This document shows, in pieces, positions 51,334-64,000 of a stretch of DNA of 64,000 nt. How positions within the stretch are numbered: the stretch's first letter is position 1; each line of letters begins with the position of its first letter. Position numbers and translations under genes: made by a program. Source of the stretch: Neocallimastix sp. 'constans' (lineage: Eukaryota); NCBI GenBank assembly GCA_050613775.1, contig JBODTK010000010.1, positions 434,001-498,000 of the forward strand, given 5' to 3'. The notes beneath the pieces are model-generated. The model worked only from the letters and a program-made list of their open reading frames with translations. It made no database searches and was not told where the DNA came from.

Positions 51334-52691
51334 ATGTCTTTTGCCGAACTTGAAAAAGGATTTAATTTTACTCGTGGAAATAACAGTAATGTTCCACCGA
51401 TTCATACTTCTAGTCAAAGTAATTTTATAATTATAATATATAATATTGTATAATGTTTTTATAATGTTATGTGATGTTGTATAATGCTGTATTTAAATAT
51501 TTTTGTTAAAATTATTTTATTAAAATTTCTTTTCATACAAAAATTAGATAATTCTGAATTTATTATGATAAATAATAGAATATCAGGAAATATATTTAAG
51601 GCCTCTAATAATATAACTGCTATTCAGCGAATGATTCAAAATAACTCTATTAATAATCCAAAAATTAATGAACAACAGTAGATTTTTCAAAATTGAAATT
51701 ATTTACATAAATAAAAATATTTTACAAATAATATGTATTAAAAAAACTAATGAATCATACTTTAAATGTATAAATAATTTTAATAGACACAAATTAACTG
51801 AAGAAGTTAGACAACTTTCAAAAGAAATTAATGCTGATTTAAAGTTATTAAATTCTCAAAATTCATCTGATTTCGAGGAATCTAGTAAAGTATGTATTAT
51901 ATGAAGATAATAAAATAAAATATTATTAATAATTAAATATCTTTCCAAAATTATTTTTATATTAGAAGCAAAAAGACATGATATATAATAAGCTTTCAAA
52001 AGATTTTAAATCAGTATTAAAACGTTTCCAAGAAGTATCCAAACTTAATGCTCAAAAAAATTTAGAAATAGTTAATCGTGCTAAAAATCAGCACATTTTG
52101 TAATTATATATATAAATATTAAATTCATTTTTAAATATTCTATTATAATAATTTCTTATAATATATTTTTATTATTATTATATAATAGAATGGAAGAAGA
52201 AGAAGAAGCAAATGAAAATGATCCTCTCCTAGGTTCACAGAAGTAATGATATATATAATATATACAGTATTCAAAAAATTTATTAATTTTTTTTTTTTTT
52301 TAAAAAACAATTTTTGTTTATATACAATGAAATTCAATAATAAATAAATAAATAAATAAATAGTCAAATTCAAATTCAAGTTGTAGAAAATGAATTAAAT
52401 TATAATGAATCATTAATTAATGAAAGAGAAAATGAATTAAAAGATATTGAACGTTCAATGATTGAAATTAATGAAATATTTCGTGATCTTGGAACTATGG
52501 TCAATGATCAACAATATCTTTTAGATAATATAGAATCTAATGTAATTGACATATCAACTAATATTGATAATGCTAATTCAGAACTTCGTATAGCAACTAA
52601 TCATCAAAAAAAGGCAAGACAGAAGATGTTCTATCTAATTCTTATTGCTATTCTTGTTGGATTAATACTACTAATAGCAGTTATATCATAA
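51334..52691 (+). CDS. Endosomal/vacuolar Qa-SNARE (Pep12/Vam3/syntaxin-7-like); exons 51334-51418, 51548-51677, 51787-51889, 51966-52099, 52189-52242, 52364-52691
   Basis: Six GT-AG-joined exons in frame: Habc helices (KLSKDFKSVLKRFQEV), acidic dileucine ENDPLL, SNARE motif ERENELKDIERSMIEINEIFRDLGTMVNDQQYLLDNIE, and a C-terminal TM helix. Confidence 0.88.
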
Positions 52692-53073
52692 GATTATAGT
52701 ATAACAAAATAAAATAAAATTCTATCCTTTCCAAATTTGTTAACTTTTTTATATAAACTTTTTTTTTTTTTTATTTTTTGATACATATATTTATATAGTA
52801 ATACAAATATTTTTACTTTATTATTTAAATATTATATAATATAATGTTATATACATTAGTTTAACATTTAATATTATTTTATAAAATAAAAAAATAATTA
52901 TTTTATCAAAAAAATTTTTAATATACTTTTTTTTTTTAAAAAAAAAAAAAAGTATATAATGTATATTAATATAGTAAAATAAAGTGAAATAATAAATATA
53001 ATAATTATTTAATAGTAATAATGATTTAAAATCATATATTTAAAAGTGAAAAATAAACAAAACTAAAAAATAT

Positions 53074-53119
<46 letters not shown>

Positions 53120-53359
53120 AAGAAAAATAAATAATAATAATAATAATATTGATAATAATAACAATAAATTCCAAAAAAAGATATTTTTTAAATATATAAT
53201 AATATTTTAAATATTACAATTAATTATAATAATAATAATATATTATATTGTAATAATTTTATTATCAAAAATATTAACAATTATTATAATTATTTCTAAA
53301 AAATTCCTTTAAATAATATAGTTCTTTTTTAATAATTAAATATTGTTTTAAAATAATAA

Positions 53360-53390
<31 letters not shown>

Positions 53391-53662
53391 CAAAAAAAAA
53401 AAAAAAAAAAGTTATAAAAAAAATAATAAAATAAAATAATAAAAAAGTTATTACAATAAATTCTGTTTTAAGTGTAATGTATAATGTTCATAATAATAAT
53501 GACAATAAAATAAATTGCAAACATATTTATACTTTCAATTTTAAAAGTTAAAGTGTAATATATATATATTTATAAATACATAATATCATAATATGTATAT
53601 AGTAATATAAAAATATAGAATAATATTTTGATTGTGAAGATATATATGTTCTTCAATAATAA

Positions 53663-54818
53663 TTATTCTAATTTTCCATTTTCTAAAAAGCTTTAATAAT
53701 TAAATAAAATATAAATATAAAGAATAAAATTAAAATATAATATTATAATTATAAATTATATATATTATACATACTTTTTAACTTTAGGTGAAGAATTGTA
53801 TATAGATGATGGAATAGAGAATGTAATATTTGTTAATGAATCCATTACTCGCAATTGTCTTTTAATTGGTCTTGAAATAAAAATGAAAAACGTAACAAAA
53901 ATAAGGAATGATGATACTCCATGAATTAATAATGTGATCTTGATATATTTCTTTGCCTCATCAAGTAGATATTGAGTTCCTAAACTATTCATTTGATCTA
54001 TATGGCCTGAAATATCATAGGATAATGCCATTAATATACTGATATATATACTCTCTCTTATTTCAGAATTTGCCAGTAAAGCTTCTGATTGATCCATAAT
54101 ATTATATTTACATGAAGGTGCATTGTTTATAAATTCATTAAGTTTATTCAAATATTCAACCATTAAATAATCAATTGGTGATTCAGAAAGTTCCTTTGTA
54201 TATACTATTTATTTCATTTATTTACATAAATAAATATTAAATATGAATAAACCTCTTATAAATGTATATTATTAGAATTATAATATTTATATTAAAGTAT
54301 AATAAATATATTACAGTCTGAAAACATTCTTTCTTCACATGTTGAAATAACTATTGCACCTCTAACACATCCAGGATTATGATTTAAAGATTCAAAAATA
54401 TCATATTGAGAAGATGATTTTCCTCCATATTTTCCATTCTTAAGATCATTTTCAAGTTTCTAATTATTTTCATATTTTTAAAGCATTTTTTGATTAATAT
54501 ACTTCGTTTTTGCTATATATCTAAATTTATGTATTATTAATTTAATAATATATTTAAGACTAACCGATAATTTATCATATGTTTCAGTTAATAAGGCTAA
54601 TTCTTCTCCTTCGCTAAAATAATACCTATCTTTTAAATATATTTCCATATCATAAAGATTTACTGACGCTATATAATATGAACGTTTTGTCTTTTTTAAA
54701 TAACATCATTAATAATCAGAAATGCTTATCAATTTTTATATATATAATATATCATTATATTAAATAGAATTATATAATAAATCTTTTAAATTTACTTTTA
54801 ATAAAAGTAAATTTATAG

Positions 54819-54869
<51 letters not shown>

Positions 54870-55501
54870 AACAGAATTTACTAAAAAATTAATTAAATTT
54901 TGACATTCCGGTTTAAATAACTAATATATATATATATGTATATAAATTTTATATATTATTATAAATATTTTAAAATGTATTTTATAATGATAATAATAAT
55001 TTAAATTATAATTATAAAAACATACAAAAACAGTCATAAACGGAAGAAGTAAAAATAGAGAGACCAATAAACAATATGATATAAATAAATATTTCAGCTT
55101 TTTTGAGCTATTATGTTTCCTCTTTAATTCTTTTTTAAATAAACCCTCATCTTCTACATCATAATTCTCACACATTTCTTGAATTTGATCCATATAATCA
55201 TTAGATTGATCATTAAAATATTCTAAAAATTATTATTTTTTAAAATGTAATATTTACATAAAAAAATTTTTTAATAATAATAATTATAATAATAATAATA
55301 ATAATAATGATGATGATGATGATGATAAAATTTTATATTTATTATAATTTATATTTAAATTACTTGATGGAAGTGTTTTGTATATACTAATGATTTCCTT
55401 TACGAAATTATAACTTTTATCTGTATATGGTTTTATAACTATTATTTTTTATATAATTTGATATATTATAAATTTTAATACAATATTATAAATAATTAAT
55501 T

Positions 55502-55552
<51 letters not shown>

Positions 55553-57926
55553 TTTTATGTTAAGTCATTACTTTTTAAAATAGTAAAAGTCATAAAAATA
55601 GCAACTATTCCCATAATAACATAAAACATTAGTTCATGTTGTTTAACTGTGTCACTAATATTTTCATTTGTAGTATCTAATGAATCCATAAATAATTGCC
55701 CAAATTGACCCTTAGAATTTGCTATAATAATTAATTTTTTTATTTTTTATTTTTAAATGAATTAATTAAAAATAAACGTATAAATGCTTATTTATATTTA
55801 TTTATCCAAAATATTTATTAAAATCATACATGCAAAAAATCTAATAATTAATATATAAATGTAATTTAATAAAATTAATTAATTAGCTTTTAGTAATACC
55901 TTTTTTTTATTACATTTAATTTAATAATAATTATTTAAAAAAATATATTTATTACCTAATATTTTTTTCATGAAGATATTCCGGTGTTAAGATAGATGTT
56001 CTATTTACTACAAATTATATTTATTTATTTATTTATTAAATAAACATTTATATTTAAATTTCAAAATCTTTATTTTAAACATTTTAAATTATATATATAT
56101 ATATATATATATAATTACAGCCATCAACAATAATTTGAGCTTTTCTATAAATTTTCATCATAGCTTTATAGAAACTTTGATCTTTAATATTATCAATAAC
56201 ACCATTATAAATAGGATTTATTGTATAAAACCCTTTGGATTGAGTAGAATGGAAAGTATAAATTACAGGGAAATATACTTCGTCTAAGTATTCTAAATTT
56301 TTTTTAACAGTTCCAGTAAATGGAAATAAGGATGGATTAATTCCGCTTGCTGCCATTAAACTTAAAAGTCTAATAGCACTTTTAATTTGACTAACAATTA
56401 CAGGTGACTGAGCTGCAACAAAGAAGAAACTAAGATTTGAAATAACGTTTTTAAATGAAGTTATATATATATAATTACTTTTTTTTTTTTAAATAAGAAA
56501 TTTTTTTTTAGTATATTATGATTATTTTTTTTATATATTCATTATATTAATAATTTATTTATAAAAAATATAAAAATATAAAAATTTTATTCATACCCAA
56601 AAATACCAATTAAAACAGCAATGGTAGTTAATATTTCCACAACGTTTAATAATTTATATAACGGTTCCTGGCATCTATGTAACATATTTTTCCTATTATA
56701 TTTTTTTTTAAATTTTATGATGCAAATTATTTAATATATATTCATTCGTTTATATATAATAATAAACTAATATTTTATGCGTACTTTAATAATTTTGATT
56801 TTCTACTTTCCATATCACTATTCATTGATGACATCATTTCTGATCTTTCATAACCACTGGCATATTTATTTGTTTTATCCACTTCCTCTTCATCTTTTGT
56901 ATCCTACCATCAATTAAAATATTAATATAAAAATATATACATATAATTATTCATTTTTATATAAAAAAAAATAGTTCTTGCTTTAAAAAAAATATTATTT
57001 ACCTCATTTTCTTCAAGCATTTGAATATATTGTTCCTATAATTATTTTATTAAAGTAATATTTAATATTAATTAAATATGATATTAATGGATTTATAATA
57101 ATATACTCTTAATAATACTTACAGCTAAGTCTCCTCTGTTCTATATATACATTAATGGATTTATAAAAATTTTAAAAAGTATATAAATATATTAATAATA
57201 ATCAAATATAAATTATCAATGTAAATTTTTTATTAAAAGTTACCATAGAGTTTCTTAAGAATAATATATACAGTTCTAATGATTCTTTTGAATAATTAAA
57301 ATCTATCACATATTTTTTAAAATGATTTTCACCTCTACTTAAAATATCAGTTAAATTATCATTAATTACCATAGCATTTTCAATATCAGAAGGTGAATCT
57401 AAAGTTCTTAATGCATTCATTAAATTTTTTAAAGAATTTAATGCAGCTATATGATATTGAATGGAGACATTTCTTATTTGACTTAATTCAAAATCTAAAG
57501 CACTTTATAGATTTGATATATTTTAATTTTTGTATTTTTACCATAAAATAAAATAAAAATTAATAATTAATAAATTTATTTGTTAATAATAATTACTTAT
57601 TATCTCCTGAACCATCGTTACAACTTTTCAAATGTGATCTATCCAACTCATATATATATATAGCATTAAATATTAAAAATCTTGAAAAAAAGGTTTTAGA
57701 TAAATTAGCACATTTAAGTAACACTTTTTCTGATAACTGATCCACTCTTTTTAATAATTCGTCAGCATCAGTACTTAAAAAGCATTTTTTATTTATTGAT
57801 ACAAATTTTCTTATGCCATGAAGAAAATACCAATATTGCATATAAATCTATTTATTAATATTTATTATATTTATATTAATAAATTTCATATTTCATTATT
57901 ATTATGATAAGAATAATAACAATAAC

Positions 57927-58025
<99 letters not shown>

Positions 58026-58097
58026 TTTTTTCAATAACTAATATACCTCTGGGGATCGTTCAAATTGACTTATTCTATATATTAAATTATAAATTAA

Positions 58098-58155
<58 letters not shown>

Positions 58156-58506
58156 TATTAATAAGCATTTAATTAATAAATTAGTATAAATTGTTATGAA
58201 AATAGTGACCCTTCTTTAAATAAACTATTGACCAAATAAAATGAATTAATTGAGCGATTATTCCTATAAATTTAAATAATTATATTATTAATAAAAAATT
58301 AAAATTTAACAATTATATTGTGAAACATTACATAATTATATTTATTATTATAGTTTACATTATAAACTTGGATACATAGGCACAATCATATGGTTTATTA
58401 TAAACTTTTTCCTTTTTAACGATCTTCCTTTGAGTAACTTTAATTAAAAAATATATATATTAGTAATAATTAAAATAAATTAATATATTTGTTTTAAAAA
58501 AAATAA

Positions 58507-58545
<39 letters not shown>

Positions 58546-60791
58546 GATGATATTATTTATTGTTTATAATAATTAAAATATACCAATTGTTTCTATTGAT
58601 TGTGTTTCTTCATCATTAACATTTTCCATTTCAAGTTGCTCTTTCAATCTACTAATTACATGTTGTTGATTATATTTGTTTTCAATTTTTGTAAATACTT
58701 TATTACAATACCAATTAAAGAAAAGGTTATTTAAAAACCATCCTATTATGAATCCAATTACAGAAAGTCCAATGAAAATCGGATATATTAATTTTATTTT
58801 AGTTATTGTGAAAAAAATATATATTAAAGTTGAAAATGCCATAGAAAACCAAATTGCCGAATAAAAACAATTCATCTTTTTATTATAATATATTTGATAA
58901 TTATAATGATCATACAATAAATATGTAAATCCAGCAAACATAATAATCGAAGATATATATTGATTTTTAAAATAAACTTGGAAAAGCATTATATTTAATA
59001 CCTATATATTAATTATAATGAAAATTAAAATTTTATTAGAAAAAAAAATTTTTTGGTAATGTAACTAATTATTAATTTTTTATTTGTATTTTACTTCAAC
59101 TAAAATAACTCTTCTATAAGTAATTATTGTTTTATTTGAATATACAGCATTTCTATCTTTATTTAGAGGAATGTATGTTTGAGCAAAATATGTTACCTGT
59201 CATATAATTAATATTAATAATGTGAAGAGAAAAAGATTAATCTTTAACTTAAAAAGAATATATATATATATATACATATTTATATATATTTTATATATTA
59301 CAACGTATGAAAAAGATAAATAAAAGAATAACCCTGTTAATGATGCTATAATACTAATATTATATATTATTAATAATATAATTTATTAATATTAAATTAT
59401 TATATCTTAAATATATTATTATTATATATACATTTTTGCATGATAATTATTAAAACATATATATTCTATATTATTATCATTGTCATCTTTATTCCTTGAG
59501 CAATTTAAAAATTCAAACAAAGAGAAAAGAACTTTTTATATATAGATAAAGAGAAAAAAAAAATAAAGATGTTTTAGTCTTATATTAAAAAAATTTAATA
59601 AAAATTTTATACAATTATTACCTGGTATGAAGAAAATCCTTTAATTTTATAAATTTATTATAATATATTTTAATATATATATATATTAGAATGAAATTTT
59701 AATAATTTTTAAAAGTTCTATTTTATTTTATTACCTTTGCATAGTGAAAATAATAAAAGAGTTTATCTAAAAAAAATAAAACATATATGTTAAATATTAA
59801 GTATTTTGAAAAAAAAAATAAAAAAGAAAACTTTTTTTCTGTATTAATGAATACCTTATACAAAACTTCGGGAAATTTTCTTCAATAATTTATCAATATA
59901 TTTATTTCAAAACATTCCAGAAATTTAAAAAAAAAAAAAAAAAACCTGTTATAAAAAAAATTTTTTTTTTAAAATTTATATCTAAATAAATAGTAATTTA
60001 CCTTGCAATAAATCCAAGTATTAAATATAAAACTAAATTAATATATTTAACAATTAATACAATTTAGTATGCGCGTGAAGTATAATATAAAAATTCACAT
60101 TTATATTATATAAAATGATAATTATTTACTGAAAAAAATATATATTAGCATAACCCCAGATTCTGCTATAATCAAAGAAACAACTTTTATATAATAATAT
60201 TTTATTGGATTTTAATATTATTATAAAAAAAATTATATTAACAAGATATATATTAAGCATATATGATTACATTGGTTCACCATATTTCTAAATGTAAAAA
60301 CAGATGTTGGATAATAAATGGAATCAGGTAGATTTGGAAAATAATCAATGTTATAAAATATTGAAACTACTTGAAAAGCTATTATATATTTAAATTAGTT
60401 TTATAACTATATATTATTTTATTATAATAAGATATTATTCATTATTCATTACTTTCAATCATCATGTATAAATATTCAATAACTTTTGGAAAATCATTTT
60501 TCTTATTTAGAGATTCAAAATAATGAAAAAAACTAAGCTTTATTATTATTAATTTAAATAAATAATAAAATATTAATAAATCCAACCAAACGTATTTTAA
60601 ATAAAGATATACATATTTATTTATACTATCAGAATATTCATAGTATAATTTTAATGAAATTAATTAAACATTACTTCATATTTTTTTAAATTCAAAGATG
60701 ACTGAATATTAAATACATCTTTATTGTTTTTTTTATTTTGTTCTTCAGACCGACTATCTTCAGAATTACTATGTTCATTGTTCACTTCCAT
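53663..60791 (-). CDS. Large many-exon multi-pass membrane protein (architecture reminiscent of TmcB/TmcC-like proteins); exon structure only partly resolved
   Basis: Co-oriented exon fragments (ORFs 58573-58989, 57593-57841, 57202-57420, 56084-56356, 54921-55193, 53765-54163) with hydrophobic segments and GT-AG borders. Putative start MEVNNEHSNSED at 60791; last exon FLENGKLE* ends at 53663. The family call is weak. Confidence 0.6.
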
Positions 60792-60989
60792 TTTTACAAT
60801 TTAATAAAATTATTTAAATCAACTTAATTGGGAAAAGAAAAAAAAAATAATAATAATAATAATAAATAATACTAATAAAAAACAAATAATAAAAAAAGAT
60901 AAAAAAAAGTATAGAAAAATATCTAAATTAAATAAAAAAAAAGATAAAAAATAAAGAAAAATATCTAAATTAAATAAAAAAAAAAAAAA

Positions 60990-61027
<38 letters not shown>

Positions 61028-61172
61028 TAAAAAAGTAAAGAAAATTAAATAAAAAAAAAATTTTTTTTTTAAAAGTTAATTTATAATTTAATTAAAACCG
61101 TTAAGTCTTTCATTGTAATTTTTCAAAACTTTATATAAAAAAAACTTTAATAGTAATTAGTTAAAATTATAT

Positions 61173-61211
<39 letters not shown>

Positions 61212-61217
<6 letters not shown>

Positions 61218-61590
61218 TTCATTTTAATATTATTTGTTAATCTTAAATTTCAGGAAATAAAATTTAAATTTTTTTTTATAATTAATTTAATAAAAAACAT
61301 AAAGATCTTTCATTTTAATTTTTCTAAACTTATAAAAAAAAACCTAAATTTTACTAATAATGAATATAAATAAAATATTTACAAAAAAAAAAATACTTCA
61401 TTTTATTTAATATTATTTGTTAATCTTAAATTTCAGGAAATAAAATTTAAATTTTTTTTATAATTAATTTAATGAATAACATAAAGATCTTTCATTTTAA
61501 TTTTTCTAAACTTATAAAAAAAAAACCTAAATTTTACTAATAATAAATATTTAAAAAAAAAAATTACTTCATTTTAATAAATTTCAGAAA
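61212..61590. repeat. ~180-bp tandem duplication plus partial third unit
   Basis: Units start aaatacttcatttta...ttgttaatcttaaatttcaggaaataaaatt at ~61212 and ~61391, with a partial unit at ~61562. Confidence 0.85.
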
Positions 61591-62569
61591 AATAAAATAA
61601 TTTATTTAAACCCCGTTAAAATTTTTAAATTTATAAAAATAAAAAAGATAAAACTCTAAAATTATTAAAAATCTCAAATGAATAAAAAGTAATATTTAAA
61701 ATTTATTTCAATTTTTAAATATGTATATATTAAAGTTATTTATATTATTTAAACATGTAAAAAAAATGATATTTTTTAAAATAATGAAACTTATTTTATC
61801 AAATCTATTTTATTTTTTAATATATATATGTTACATTTACTATTAATCTAAAATTCTTTATTAAAGTATTAAGAACTAAATAATATATTTATATTAAAAT
61901 AATCAGTAATCTCTATAAATTCATTAAAGTATCATATCTCATATTAAGTATTATTTACACTTTTATAAATATATTCATTATTTTTTTATTAATTATGTTA
62001 ATAGTATTTTGATATTATTACTTTAAATTTCTTATATTTTCATTTAAATATTTTATGGAAGGTGTGTATTTCTCAAATTATGGCTTAAAAATTTTTTAAA
62101 AAATAAACATATAAATAAATAAAATAAATAAATAAATAATAAAAATTAAATAAATAAAAAAATAAGTATGTTAAAAATGTTTTATTTTTAGTTTTATATT
62201 ATTATTAAAATTTTAATATAATATTGATATTGATTTTAATAATAAAAAAAATATATAATATTGATATTGATAATATAAAAACTAAATAATATTGATATTC
62301 TATATAATATATAATATTGATATTGATATTAATAAAAAAAATATTATATATTGATATTGATATTAATAAAAAAAATAACTATTATCAAATGGAATAGTTT
62401 TAATTATAATTTAGAATTGTTTTAATTATAATTTAATTTATAAAAAAACTGAAAAATAATATCTTTTAAAATTATAATCTTAATTAATAAAGGTTAGAAA
62501 AATATTAATTTATAAAAAATTAGTATTTTATATTATTTAAATGAATTAAACAATCGTACCATAATTCAA

Positions 62570-63907
62570 CTATATCATCATCATCTCATCCAATACAAAT
62601 TAATTTTTCTTCCTTATTTTTATAACATTCAATTAAAGCCTTAATTTCATCAATTCTATTAATATTTTTATTTTTTTTTTAAAAAATAAAACCCCTAATT
62701 CTCCTTTCGTGATCATTATACGATAAGGCTTCTTCTTTCTTTAATGCTATTATTAATTTATAAAGAGTAAGTTTTTTTTGGGAAAAGATTATTTAAATAA
62801 CTATTAAAAGATTCTGATGCATTATTTGTAATGTGTTCTATATTATTATAATAATTCCAGTTATTTGCATAATATTTATTTAAATAGTTGATATTAAAAT
62901 ATTCTAAAAATTCTAAACAATTATTATATTTATTTTTTTTTTCTAATGTATTTTTTATTTTTGAGTAAATGTGTGGTATATAAATAGGGTTAATAAATGG
63001 AAAATTCGAAATAACTCAATAATAAGTATATAAATTATTATTATTATCAATTTCATTAGAATATAATCTGTTTTTTTGAATTTTTAATGATCTTTTAAAG
63101 TATCAAACACAATATTTGATATTTATATAAGGAAAAAAATTTTTTTCTGTATTTGAAATGCCTTTTTCAAAGTCACAATGAAAATTAATTGGAAAAATAA
63201 CTATATTGTTACTAAATTTACTTGCATTTTTTTTATTTCTATAAATAATGTTTCGTAAGTGGATTGTTTTTATCTTTTAATATTGAAATAGAAGTAGTGT
63301 AAAAACTATTTATTTTTTCATCATATGTTCTAGTAATGAACACTTGATAACTAAATTTTGGCGCAATATAAAATATACCATCTACAAATATATCTTCATT
63401 ATATTATGTGAATAGATTTGCTTGGAATGTGGATCGAAAAATTATTAAATTAGGATTTTTGAATATCATAAAATTTTCACCATTTTCTGTTTTATAACAT
63501 TCTGATTCTTCTTTAATTTCTTCAAAAGTTGTTATCATGGAGTTAAATTCAGGACATATTAATCTCATGTCTTGAGAAATTTCATTAAATATACGCTTTG
63601 GTCTAATATCCAAAGAAAAAGGACTTTTTCTTATTGTTTTTTTAATTGTATATTTTACTACTGATTTAGATGTTTCGTATTCTTTTTCAAGATGATTATG
63701 TAAACTTTCATATTTTAAAAACACCATCTTATCGTTTAAAATAATAAAAGATTTACGTTTATTTGAAGTTCTATACTCAGTGCATCTATATACCTTTGAA
63801 TTATCTTTCTTTTCATTTGAAAAATTAAATTTATATTTTCTGTTAATAATAATTTATTTTTTTTCTTGATTTGTTTCACTTTTTTCAATTCTAATATTTT
63901 CCTCCAT
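62570..63907 (-). mobile_element. Decayed Mutator-like (MULE) DNA transposase
   Basis: Minus-strand reading MEENIRIEKSETN...KVYRCTEY...ESLHNH (FLYWCH/WRKY-like Zn finger, degraded), DIFVDGIFYIAPKFSYQV, FHCDFEKGISN and KYCV*YFKR (MULE DDE region), with several stops. Confidence 0.8.
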
Positions 63908-64000
63908 AAATTTTTTGATAATAAATAAATTTATTATATAGATTTTAATAGTGTCAATAAAATGATTTTATTTTTAATATTTAAAAAAATAAAATTATAA

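Overview
Extremely AT-rich eukaryotic DNA with GT-AG introns, poly(A/T) tracts and microsatellites. The CBM1-fused CAZymes, codon style and repeats are most consistent with an anaerobic gut fungus (Neocallimastigomycota); this is an inference. The left half (3.3-29.7 kb) holds an array of seven intronless O-acetylhomoserine/O-acetylserine sulfhydrylase (MET17/MetY-family) loci: five intact, one full-length with a single TGG>TGA right after the PLP lysine, and one decayed 5' fossil. An intronless carbon-nitrogen hydrolase sits head-to-head with one copy. Next come three secreted CE8 pectin methylesterase-CBM1 genes (31.4-42.1 kb), then RQC2/NEMF, a Pep12/Vam3/STX7-type syntaxin, a many-exon multi-pass membrane protein gene and a decayed MULE transposase. 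Several APE-type LINE fragments, fold-back elements and two orphan coding remnants are interspersed. The most interesting signal is the amplified, gene-converted sulfhydrylase array linked to a C-N hydrolase and to methanol-releasing esterases. Any functional coupling among them is a hypothesis only.
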